A stretch of DNA of 64,000 bases from contig OZ246408.1 in NCBI GenBank assembly GCA_965231015.1, positions 211,755 to 275,754 of the forward strand, written 5' to 3'. Below, in pieces: positions 28,601 to 37,299 of the stretch. This DNA is from an uncultured Gammaproteobacteria bacterium. GTDB taxonomy: Bacteria > Patescibacteriota > Patescibacteriia > UBA9934 > CAZDDW01. Positions within the stretch are counted from its first letter, which is position 1, and each line of letters begins with the position of its first letter. Under the pieces are notes generated by a model, which saw only the letters and a program-made list of their open reading frames with translations, ran no database searches and was not told where the DNA came from. A program made the position numbers and the translations under genes.

Positions 28601-28809
28601 TCTAATCAAGAAGATATCGCTCTACTCACACACATTTAAAGAACATTTGTACACTTTGACTATAGCATATTTTAGTAAAAAAGTCAATGTACTCCTGTCA
28701 AGTTTAAATGGGGATAAAGGGAAAATTTGGCTAAAATTATACGATTTTTGTCGTAATTGTCCGGAAAAGTACAGGATTTACCTAATCTTAGGATCAAAAT
28801 ATACAGCGA

Positions 28810-28839
28810 TTGACAAAAAGCCAGAAATCTGTCTAATAT
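28810..28839 (+). promoter_or_regulatory. sigma70-like promoter TTGACA-18-TAATAT for the PaaX-like gene
   Basis: Consensus -35 with a good -10. Confidence 0.35.
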
Positions 28840-28864
28840 CCAAATAATATCATTCATTTCGACC

Positions 28865-28892
28865 CTTATTTTGTCCACGTGGACAAAATAAG
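28865..28892. promoter_or_regulatory. perfect 28-bp palindrome CTTATTTTGTCCAC|GTGGACAAAATAAG; putative operator
   Basis: 14-bp arms with no mismatch, overlapping the RBS region 10 nt before the ATG at 28902. Confidence 0.5.
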
Positions 28893-28901
28893 GAACAATT
28901 T

Positions 28902-29444
28902 ATGAAGGAGGATATAAAAAGAAAAACCAGAGATTTCACTGACAATGTGTTCTCGTTTTTAGTTGAAGGAGTGGATATTCTGTCCACCTCTAGACAATAC
29001 CGATCACTAGAATCTCGAAACCGAGCTCTAGATAATGCAAAACATAAAAAAATGTTTGATCGAATAAAACTACGTCGGGCTTTAAGAGGATTGAAAGAGA
29101 AAGGATGGATAGAGGTGAGAAGAAAGGGAAAAGAAATTGAATATTTATTAACCGAGAATGGTCGAATACAGGGGTTAAAGGTGCAGATGAAAACAATAGA
29201 TAAAAAACTAGACGATCCCCTTGGTTGTTTTGTTAGTTATGATTTTCCAGTTGGTGCCAATAAGGCACGAGATCAGTTTAGACGATTGCTCAAACAAACC
29301 GGTTTTATTAGATGTCAGGATAGTCTTTGGTTTTCTGACCGAAATATTGTTGGGCACGTAAAGGAGATTGTGCAATATCTTAAAATAGCAAAATGGGTCA
29401 AAATAATTCTTGGTTCAGAATGTGGTTTTAGTGGGGTGAAATAA
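28902..29444 (+). CDS. short PaaX-family transcriptional regulator (wHTH plus Cas2/VapD-like middle domain, no C-terminal domain)
   Basis: RRALRGLKEKGWIEVRRKGKEIEYLLTENGRIQGL ~ PaaX RTALFRLNKEGWLDVSRIGRRSFYSLSDKGL; CFVSYDFPVGANKARDQFRRLLKQTGFIRCQDSLWFSD ~ PaaX middle domain / Cas2 pattern. Confidence 0.5.
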   Translation: MKEDIKRKTRDFTDNVFSFLVEGVDILSTSRQYRSLESRNRALDNAKHKKMFDRIKLRRALRGLKEKGWIEVRRKGKEIEYLLTENGRIQGLKVQMKTIDKKLDDPLGCFVSYDFPVGANKARDQFRRLLKQTGFIRCQDSLWFSDRNIVGHVKEIVQYLKIAKWVKIILGSECGFSGVK

Positions 29445-29683
29445 AATATCAAACCATGCTAGATGATAAAAGGTGTGTTATTCTTTGTACGTGCGTAAAA
29501 TAGCGCACATTTTTGATCGTATTAATGGCCCCTTTTGGTCGTTTGTCCCCATTTACCCATTGACAAACCGTTCAAAAAATGTTTAACTCTTATTAAGACT
29601 CCCCAAACAGTTTGAGATAACCGGATCAGCCGGTGGTCTCACAGCTGCTTGCGGAGTTCTTTTTATTGGTAAGGAGAGAAGTC

Positions 29684-30007
29684 ATGTTATCCAAGATCAA
29701 GGAGATTTCGTCGGTTTTGTTCAATGTCTGCCAAGTGCTAGCCCTGATGGTGTTGGTACTCTTTGCAACCGACATGTTCATGCAGTACTCGATCTTTCCA
29801 CGTGTTAACACATGGAAAGAAGCCAGGGTTCAGGAACAGGTACTTGAGCTTCGTGCGGCAGGAGAACATGACCGAGCCTTCTGCTTAGAGTATCCATCGA
29901 AATGTACAAAAGATGGTCGGTATGTGCCTCCCTTTCCATTGTCAAGAGGCTATTTTTCCTCAGTCGACACCACAGAAGAGGCTTGGGGACTAGATCTCAA
30001 GCAATGA
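29684..30007 (+). CDS. small signal-anchored secreted protein, hypothetical
   Basis: RBS AAGGAGAG; N-terminal hydrophobic helix; 3 Cys. Confidence 0.4.
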   Translation: MLSKIKEISSVLFNVCQVLALMVLVLFATDMFMQYSIFPRVNTWKEARVQEQVLELRAAGEHDRAFCLEYPSKCTKDGRYVPPFPLSRGYFSSVDTTEEAWGLDLKQ

Positions 30008-30016
30008 CCTTTTAAT

Positions 30017-30046
30017 ACCCAGGTGGGTTCTCCGCCTGGGTATTTT
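30017..30046. terminator. bidirectional rho-independent terminator ACCCAGG-N11-CCTGGGT followed by ATTTT
   Basis: Sits between convergent genes 29684-30007 (+) and 30079-30867 (-). Confidence 0.5.
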
Positions 30047-30078
30047 CAATGGGAAGAAGCGCCGTGAGAGCCACGACG

Positions 30079-30867
30079 CTAGGTAGGTATTTTGGGATCG
30101 AATCCGTGAGCTCTGGCAAAGGAATCCCAATAGTCAGGGCAGTCGATGAGTCGAGGATCAATGATACTCACCCCTTTTTTGATCTCATGAGCTACCCAAC
30201 CATCAAAGACTTCACCGTTTCCTTCGCGTAGGTTAGGACACATTCCTTGATTTGCATCAGAGTAATGCAGTTCGAAGGCCAGATCACATTCAGCTCTATA
30301 GGCCTCAATTTCTCTTTGCAACTTTTCCTCACACGGGTTTTCACCCTTGTACAAGCTTCCCTCAATAGTTTGCTCGTAGTGAATACTTTCGTGGTAGAGC
30401 GAAAGCCACATCTCAATTGAATCCCGACGGGTTGACATGCTGGCTAAATAGATTGGATTGACCCAAAGCTTAGTCGCATGTCCGTCCTCCAGAGAGTAAT
30501 AAACACCGGCTGTTGCCTGCCCCGTGTTTAGATTTTGGAACGAAAGGGGCAACCTTTCAGTATACACAGCATGCCGCAAAGTACCGTTGACTTTTTCTCT
30601 TGGATGACTCTCCATCAGTTTGTCCAGCCTTTGAGACAGCCCGGCGTTGATCTGGTCGGAAGGGAGGGCCAAGTTCAGTCTTTGGAAGACAGGTGGTGTT
30701 AACGGATCAATTCGTCTTGGTTTCTGATTTTCCGGATGCTCTGGTTTTGGTCGGTTTGATTCTTGTTCCGTAGATGCCGCGTTGTTATTCAATAGGCACA
30801 TAGCACCCAGAGTACAGATCAGAATTAACCCCAGCCACAGAATTCCGGAATTCTTTCTCTTTTGCAT
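30079..30867 (-). CDS. secreted lipoprotein with HExxH motif (putative zinc metallopeptidase-like)
   Basis: RBS AAGGAGG; signal peptide with Cys (TLGAMC); LYHESIHYEQ contains HExxH; GC-richer than the core genes. Confidence 0.4.
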   Translation of the reverse strand: MQKRKNSGILWLGLILICTLGAMCLLNNNAASTEQESNRPKPEHPENQKPRRIDPLTPPVFQRLNLALPSDQINAGLSQRLDKLMESHPREKVNGTLRHAVYTERLPLSFQNLNTGQATAGVYYSLEDGHATKLWVNPIYLASMSTRRDSIEMWLSLYHESIHYEQTIEGSLYKGENPCEEKLQREIEAYRAECDLAFELHYSDANQGMCPNLREGNGEVFDGWVAHEIKKGVSIIDPRLIDCPDYWDSFARAHGFDPKIPT

Positions 30868-31127
30868 TTTGTCCTCCTTTTGCTCATACCGAGCGAGTTG
30901 TTTGGTCACAAGCATGGGGTGACCAAGGGGCAGAGTCTCGTGATTTGTAATGATCGAACAAAATACAATATCACAGATTCAGTGATTTGTCAAGAGTTTT
31001 TTAGCTAAATTTAGCCAAATTTTGTCAATAAAAAATAACGCAACTTTTTTGCTAAAACTAAAACAGAATCAAAAAACATGTCAAGAAGTCTTAACAGAAT
31101 TTCTTGATTTTTATGTTATTTTAGCTA

Positions 31128-31156
31128 AATATTTCTTGACATTTTATCTTGAACCT
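31128..31156 (+). promoter_or_regulatory. consensus sigma70 promoter TTGACA-17-TATATT
   Basis: Perfect -35 with a 17-nt spacer, upstream of CDS 31197. Confidence 0.5.
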
Positions 31157-31196
31157 GCTATATTATTTTCTTAATCTTTCTCATGAGGAGATCAGT

Positions 31197-31490
31197 ATGA
31201 CAAAAGAACGCAAAGTCAAGGTCTACGGCAACATTATGCTCGTGGCCATCATCATCTTTCTGGTCTTTGCCTATCCGGCCCAAATCGTTCAAATGACCAC
31301 GGCCTGGTCTGTGGAAGGGTTGTCGGTTTGGCAGTATTTTTTGAACCTTGGCATTCAGATTGTAGCTGTTTACTACGGTTGGAATCTGGCTCAAAAACCG
31401 ATCTGGGTACCGGCTATCTTTAACGGCGTGCTCTGTTCGGTCATAATTGTTCTATATTTCATCATCAAATTCTATCCTCTCGCAGGGTAA
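31197..31490 (+). CDS. small 3-TM membrane protein, hypothetical
   Basis: RBS GAGGAG; hydrophobic helices. Confidence 0.4.
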   Translation: MTKERKVKVYGNIMLVAIIIFLVFAYPAQIVQMTTAWSVEGLSVWQYFLNLGIQIVAVYYGWNLAQKPIWVPAIFNGVLCSVIIVLYFIIKFYPLAG

Positions 31491-31512
31491 CTCCCCTAAA
31501 TCGAGCTTCTTG

Positions 31513-31546
31513 AACCCGTGTTTATATGACGCGGGTTAATCTTTTT
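31513..31546 (+). terminator. rho-independent terminator AACCCG-N13-CGGGTT followed by AATCTTTTT
   Basis: Stem-loop followed by a T-run. Confidence 0.4.
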
Positions 31547-31674
31547 CAAATGTTATCCACGTTTAGATGTCAGCAAACATTAACACAAAATTTAAGCTCA
31601 AGTTTGGCTTGAGTCTTTTTGTTTTGTCAAAATAGACAAGACAGTTTTTTGGCTAATTTATGCACAAAATCAAC

Positions 31675-31703
31675 TTGACGATCGATTTTTGTCGTGGTTA
31701 TAT
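31675..31703 (+). promoter_or_regulatory. sigma70-like promoter TTGACG-17-TTATAT giving an about 340-nt leader for the M23 peptidase gene
   Basis: Hexamers with 17-nt spacing. Confidence 0.35.
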
Positions 31704-32045
31704 GACATTAGAACGTTCAAAGCACACCTCAAACATAATAGAGCCACGAGGAAATTGAAAGATTGAGACAACTGTTTAACTCGGTCCGCTAATTCCGGAT
31801 GGAATAAGTAAGTCGAGTTAGCCCCACGATTAAACGGTGCTCAGTTTTAAGCATAATTAAAGCCGGGTTCTGCTCCATGGTTCAGGGCGCGATCAGCAAG
31901 AGGGGAGTCTGCTGGTCGCCCATGAATCATTTTACTCCTACGTCTCCTTGGCTAAATCCTAACGGATTCCCCAAGCCAAGGAGGCGGTCGATCAGTGTTT
32001 GATCGAATTCGTCTCTTGTACCTTTCACAAGTTCAGGAGACAAAA

Positions 32046-33911
32046 ATGCAAAAGTTCATCACGGCTCTGGTGGTTTTTCTGGTGGCCGGCCTCACGCCGG
32101 CACCCATGGGATGTTCGGCGGGTTTCGATCCGGTCGATACCACCGCAACCACCGAAACCGGCGACCAGGGGGGTTACACCCCCACGGACGTGATCTACCC
32201 ACCCTTTGCCGCCGGCGAAGTCTACCAGTGCACGCAAGGCGTTGGCGGCAGCTATTCCCACAGCTCGGCCAGCACGTACGATGCCATCGACTTCGACACG
32301 CCCAACACCTACGACGTCGACGTGTACGCACCCTGTTCCGGCGTGGCGCGAGTGCATCATGACGCTTCGCCTTCTGGTTTCGGTATCCACGTCAACATCG
32401 ACCGCGGTGACGGAACCTACTGCTTGGTAGCACACCTCGCTGACGTGTTTGTGACCGATGGCGAGGACATCACACACGGTCAGTACATGGGCTTTGAGGG
32501 CTCAACCGGCTACAGCGACGGTGATCATGTGCACACGGCGTTGATGCAGGGTGACGCAAGCCAAATGGCTCAGTACGCCACCACGCTTCCGGTCAGCTTC
32601 TACGTCCGTGATGTCACTGCCGGTGGCGATTTCGCGGCCATTCCGGCCGAGGAATTCGTTTGCGGCATGAGCAACGGTCACTTCTACGAGTCCGGCCTGT
32701 CGGTCGCCAACTGGGTGCCTGATGGGACGCTCATGAAGTATCCGGGCGCAAGCGAAGTCTATGTGGTGGACGCCGATGAGCTCTACTGGATCGAAGACGA
32801 AGAGGTCTTCACAAGCTTCGGGTTTGAGATGAGCGAAATCGTGGCCATGGCCGAGATCACTTATTACGAGTGTCTGGGCGAGGCTTCGGACCTGATCGAT
32901 TGGACCACGGAGTACCGTGGGCTCATCGATGACGACGGCGTGACCTGGATCGCGTTCGAGCCGGCTGATGACCCGGGGCGGTTCCGCTTGCCAATTCAAC
33001 CCTACCAGGAAGAAGGCGCGGTCTTGACCATGATCGATTCCTGGGGGCTCCAGGGTGTCTATGGCATGTACCAGCAGGAGTCAGCCGAGCTCATCGAGTA
33101 CCCGATTGGCAACGGCTACGCGCTGTTGCGCGACGGAACGCTCGTCACCGAGCAGGGTGACTCGACCGTGTACGCGATTCACGAAGGTCTGGCTCTGCCG
33201 ATCGATTCATGGGACACGCTCGTGCTCATGGGTTTTTCCGAGCGTCGCGTTCACACCGTGCCCGAAGGAACGCTCGAGCAAATGGTGCTCGACGTTGGCA
33301 GTTGCTCGGCTGGGATCGGGTGCATTACCCGCGACGTGGTTACTGGCTGCGGAACCGGACTCGACCTGTCGCTCCTCGACACTGACCCGGACTGGGGCGG
33401 CATCGGGGACGATGACGTCGGGGACGACGATGATGTCTCGGATGACGATGACTCGGATCCGGGAGATGACGACGACACCGCAGACGACGATGACACCGGT
33501 GATGACGATGACGTCGGGGACGACGATGACGACGACACCATGGCTGACCCATGGATGTTGCTCGAAATCTATGCTGGGCTCACCGGCGCTCCGGCTGACT
33601 ACATCTGGCTCCAGGGTGAGCTCCTTGACGAGAATGGCCTGACGGCTGGCGGCGGTTTCTGGTGGGCCTCGCTCGGGATTGAGTACACGACCAACTCCAT
33701 TGAATGGAGCGCGTACGTGCAGCCCGACTGGACCTTCCGCTACTCCGTGGAATTCGAGCGCTATTCCGTAGTGGCCTGGTCCTGTTCCACTCCGTTCCCG
33801 CCCGGAACCTACAACATGGACCTCACGGCCATGGTCGATGGCACACCGATCATGATCGATCTCATCGACAACTACCTCGGCGGCTGTGAGCTCTGGATCG
33901 AGGTGCCGTGA
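32046..33911 (+). CDS. M23-family (LytM/lysostaphin-like) peptidoglycan endopeptidase lipoprotein with poly-Asp linker and C-terminal extra domain (GC-rich, likely acquired)
   Basis: Lipoprotein signal …LTPAPMGCS; M23 motifs HSSASTYDAIDF (Hx6D), VYAPCSGV, GDHVHTAL (HxH); linker DDDVGDDDDVSDDDDSDPGDDDDTADDDDTGDDDDVGDDDDDD; about 62 percent GC. Confidence 0.7.
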   Translation: MQKFITALVVFLVAGLTPAPMGCSAGFDPVDTTATTETGDQGGYTPTDVIYPPFAAGEVYQCTQGVGGSYSHSSASTYDAIDFDTPNTYDVDVYAPCSGVARVHHDASPSGFGIHVNIDRGDGTYCLVAHLADVFVTDGEDITHGQYMGFEGSTGYSDGDHVHTALMQGDASQMAQYATTLPVSFYVRDVTAGGDFAAIPAEEFVCGMSNGHFYESGLSVANWVPDGTLMKYPGASEVYVVDADELYWIEDEEVFTSFGFEMSEIVAMAEITYYECLGEASDLIDWTTEYRGLIDDDGVTWIAFEPADDPGRFRLPIQPYQEEGAVLTMIDSWGLQGVYGMYQQESAELIEYPIGNGYALLRDGTLVTEQGDSTVYAIHEGLALPIDSWDTLVLMGFSERRVHTVPEGTLEQMVLDVGSCSAGIGCITRDVVTGCGTGLDLSLLDTDPDWGGIGDDDVGDDDDVSDDDDSDPGDDDDTADDDDTGDDDDVGDDDDDDTMADPWMLLEIYAGLTGAPADYIWLQGELLDENGLTAGGGFWWASLGIEYTTNSIEWSAYVQPDWTFRYSVEFERYSVVAWSCSTPFPPGTYNMDLTAMVDGTPIMIDLIDNYLGGCELWIEVP

Positions 33912-33954
33912 TCTCAACACAAAAGGGTCAACAGCCGTTGACCACTACACCGCA

Positions 33955-33989
33955 TCCGGCCTGACGTTCTGTTAGGCCGGATATTTTTT
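33955..33989 (+). terminator. rho-independent terminator TCCGGCCT-N11-AGGCCGGA followed by TATTTTTT
   Basis: 8-bp GC stem followed by a T-run. Confidence 0.6.
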
Positions 33990-34472
33990 ATGAACAGACA
34001 TTCAATTCGATTTCAAAATTTAAATTATGCTCAACCCGGTTTTTATTTCGTGACATTTTGTACGCAAAATAGGGAACGATTGTTTGAACATGATGATGTC
34101 ATCGATACGATTAATTATATCTGGCGCGATTTACCGAACCGGTTTAATGATATCGTGGTTGATGATTGGATTGTGATGCCCGATCATTTTCATGGGATTA
34201 TTGTTTTGGGTGCATCGAATTTTGATGTAGGGGCCTCTACATTAGGAAATGTTATAGGTGCATTTAAATCAATTACAACCGACGCCTATATTCACGGTGT
34301 TAAACACCACAATTAGATACCGTTTGAGGGCAGATTGTGGCAACGAAATTATTTTGAACGGGTGATTCGAAATGAGGAAGAGTCAGACCAAATAAGGGAA
34401 TATACTCGTCTCAATCCTGAGCTTAAAAACGAACAAGAAGACGATCCCTGTACAATCCACAATCAGGCTTAA
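33990..34472 (+). pseudogene. REP-associated tyrosine transposase (RAYT, IS200/IS605-family Y1 TnpA) interrupted by an in-frame TAG at 34314-34316
   Basis: GFYFVTFCTQNRERLF, HuH motif MPDHFHGIIVL, then TAG, then the same frame continues LWQRNYFERVIRNEEESDQIREYTRLNP (the catalytic Tyr region); colinear with E. coli YafM-type RAYTs. Confidence 0.6.
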
Positions 34473-34518
34473 AAAAGGCGAGCCTTGAGCCTCAAATTGT
34501 GCTATACTAACAACATCT

Positions 34519-37290
34519 ATGAAACGTTTTATAGAAGGGGTAAAAACCCAACTTTTTAAGCTTGCTACAGATCCGCGTAAACGATTTTTGCTGATCATTG
34601 CATTTGTCGCTATTTTTGCGATTTTTTTCGTTGCCGTAGATCCTGCTATGGCTGCTGATGAAAGCACAGACGACTTTGATTTCATGACCTGGCTCATGAC
34701 TCAAATGGCGCAGTGGTTATTAAACATTACACAAATAATCGGTCAGGTCATTGTGGCTTTGGTGGGAGTATTGGTTCAAATCATTCAATACAATGGTTTT
34801 TCCAATTCTCAAGTGATCGGTCTTGGTTGGGCTTTAGTGCGCGACACACTAAACATCGGATTCATTGCTGTGCTTATTTTGGTGGCTCTGGGAACGATTG
34901 TTTTTGGCGAAAGTGGAGCCGGGGGAAGATTCAACTGGCGAAAAAATCTCCCGAACATTGTTATTTTTGCCATTCTCATTAATTTCAGCCGGTTGTTTTG
35001 CGGGATCATGATTGATATCAGCAACGTGATCATGCTTACATTTGTCAACGGAATTAAAGATATTGCTGGTGGAAATATTATCCAACTCTTTGGGTTAAGT
35101 AGCATCATGAGTTTTAGTGAGAAATCCGTTCAGGCATCAATTGATGCAGGAACCGGGTTAACCGCTTTTTCCATGCTGGCCGCTTCCTTGCTCGCTTTGC
35201 TGATGATGTCCATTGTGCTTCTGACCATGATCACCATGATCGCCATGCTTGGAGCCCGGATCGTGATTTTGTGGGTTTTGGTAGTTCTTTCTCCGGCCGC
35301 ATTTTTTGCCGGAGCCGCCAAAAATGTATTACAGGGTCAAGCTATGAAGGTTTACAGTGATTGGTGGGCTAACTTCACTGGTGCTCTGGCCGTTGGTCCG
35401 ATTTTAGTATTTGTTTTATGGTTAGCTCTGGCCGTAGCCGGTTCCGGCAGTATTGCCAGCGAGTTTGCTGTGGACGGAGGTACCGAGGCTGATGCTTTTG
35501 TGTCTGACATTCCGAACCAGGTTTTTGAACGGGACAATCTTATCAGTTTTATAATTGGAATTTTAATCATGTTTGTCGGATTTGATATCGCGGTCAAGAC
35601 CGCTTCGGCGTTACCGGGCGGCTTTAAGAGTTTGGTTGGTCCCGGTTTGGCGGCTCGAGCTTTGCGAACTGCAGCTGTGACCACGGCGCGTGTGGGCTAC
35701 CGCGGCGCTCGTGGCGCGGCCGGACTTGGGGTTGGTGCTGCTGCCGGTGCTCTTCGAAAAGGTGGTCAAGCGGCTCGTTGGGGAGCCGGCCTTGCTGGTG
35801 GTGCTTTGGCAGAAAATATTCGTCTTAAACCTCCAACTTATGACGCAAAAACCGGAAAGCTGAAAGAGGGTGAAAAAGAGGTTCGTGTGAAAGACATCAA
35901 GGCTTATGCCGCGGATCAGTTAAAGGCCGCTGGTATGCGCGGAATTGCCAAGGGGGTTCCCGGAGCCGGTTATGTCACCCAGTATGCGGCTGAAGTTGGT
36001 GCGGCTGATCGAGGCAAAAAAGCTGCTTTACTTAATAATGCTATTGATAAACAAAAAGTGATGGGCAAGGATGAATTGTTGGCGATTGCCTCGAACCCTA
36101 ATCCGGCCATGAGTGCAGAAGAAAATGCCCGCCGCCAGGCCGCTCGTTATCAGTTGTTGACCCAGTTTAAACATAGGAAAGATCTAGACAGCAATCAGGT
36201 AAAGGCTCTGAAAACAGACTTTAATGAGGGTGGAGGTAAGGAACTTATTGAGGGAGATGAGAACAAAAAAGAGGCTATGCTCAAAGCCGGACACAAGCGT
36301 TTGGATATGTTCAAAGGCGATTGGCGCGACCCTGATTCTGATCTTGGTAAGGCGATTACCGGGCTTGAAGGAAAAGACTTTAAGGATCTTGATTCACAGG
36401 CTTTACAAGACCCTCGAATTCAAGAAATGCTCAAAGAAAAACAAATGTTTGTTAAGAGTGAGAACAGAGATATTCCAGTTTGGGATGCTTTGAAGAGAGT
36501 TGGAAAAGAAGCCCATAAGAGGGAGATTGCTTCTGTTGAATCTGGTGGTCAAAATTATGAGGATTTAGCCAAAGCTATGGGGCAACAGCAGGTTAATTTG
36601 CAGGCCAAAATTGAACAGTCTCCAGCTGGTGAGCGAGCTCAGTTGCGTGAGGAAATGGCTCGTATGCGCACAGCTCAAGCTGGGGCAACTCAAGATTTTA
36701 TTGAAAGAAACCCAGCCTTTCTGTCTCAGGCCAAAGCAACAGATCTGGCCGCCGGTGGTGGGGTTTTGGCTCAAAATGTAGCTGTTTCAGGAACCCCTCG
36801 TCAGATTAGGGATGCAACGGCTAGCGATGAAAAGCGAACTGAGTTTTTGTCGCAAACCAGTGAAGATCGCATGCGCGGTCTTGGTTATACCGACGATCAA
36901 GTGTTTGAGGCTCGAGCCGGCAGATTTATAGCGTCAGGCAGCTCAGACGATCTTGGACCAAGTGCTGAGCGGGGAGCGGTGATTCAGCGTGTTGTTGAGC
37001 GTGGTGGTCCGAAAGAAGTTAATAATTTGATTCAAGTTGCAAATTCTCAAGAAGGGGCGGCGGCTCAAGAAGCGGCTCGAATTGAAGTGGCTGAATCATT
37101 TGATAAGAGTAAGGTTGAATCAATTTTGAATGATTTCGAAACTGCAACCGGGGAACAAAAAGAACAGTTGCGCCAGAATCTTTCCGGTCTCAAAGAAACC
37201 TTCAGTCAGATTCGTGATGTAAATATGACCGGTGAGATGCAGGAGATTAAGAAGATGCTTGAGCTCAAGGACTACAAGTACGAAGGTTAA
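34519..37290 (+). CDS. polytopic membrane protein with long hydrophilic C-terminal extension; VirB6/TrbL-like candidate
   Basis: About 8 TM helices in the first 350 aa, then about 570 aa of charged/Ala-Gly-rich sequence; first gene of the T4SS-like run. Confidence 0.4.
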   Translation: MKRFIEGVKTQLFKLATDPRKRFLLIIAFVAIFAIFFVAVDPAMAADESTDDFDFMTWLMTQMAQWLLNITQIIGQVIVALVGVLVQIIQYNGFSNSQVIGLGWALVRDTLNIGFIAVLILVALGTIVFGESGAGGRFNWRKNLPNIVIFAILINFSRLFCGIMIDISNVIMLTFVNGIKDIAGGNIIQLFGLSSIMSFSEKSVQASIDAGTGLTAFSMLAASLLALLMMSIVLLTMITMIAMLGARIVILWVLVVLSPAAFFAGAAKNVLQGQAMKVYSDWWANFTGALAVGPILVFVLWLALAVAGSGSIASEFAVDGGTEADAFVSDIPNQVFERDNLISFIIGILIMFVGFDIAVKTASALPGGFKSLVGPGLAARALRTAAVTTARVGYRGARGAAGLGVGAAAGALRKGGQAARWGAGLAGGALAENIRLKPPTYDAKTGKLKEGEKEVRVKDIKAYAADQLKAAGMRGIAKGVPGAGYVTQYAAEVGAADRGKKAALLNNAIDKQKVMGKDELLAIASNPNPAMSAEENARRQAARYQLLTQFKHRKDLDSNQVKALKTDFNEGGGKELIEGDENKKEAMLKAGHKRLDMFKGDWRDPDSDLGKAITGLEGKDFKDLDSQALQDPRIQEMLKEKQMFVKSENRDIPVWDALKRVGKEAHKREIASVESGGQNYEDLAKAMGQQQVNLQAKIEQSPAGERAQLREEMARMRTAQAGATQDFIERNPAFLSQAKATDLAAGGGVLAQNVAVSGTPRQIRDATASDEKRTEFLSQTSEDRMRGLGYTDDQVFEARAGRFIASGSSDDLGPSAERGAVIQRVVERGGPKEVNNLIQVANSQEGAAAQEAARIEVAESFDKSKVESILNDFETATGEQKEQLRQNLSGLKETFSQIRDVNMTGEMQEIKKMLELKDYKYEG

Positions 37291-37299
37291 TAAACTATT

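Noticed and set aside
33990-34472. Possibility that TAG (or TGA) is recoded, which would make the RAYT intact and the genome alternative-code
   Set aside because: TGA terminates pyrF and the 37300 gene. TAG terminates pyrE, the giant gene and ORF 6401-7321. TAA is also common. The standard code fits all well-supported genes, so the internal TAG is a nonsense codon.
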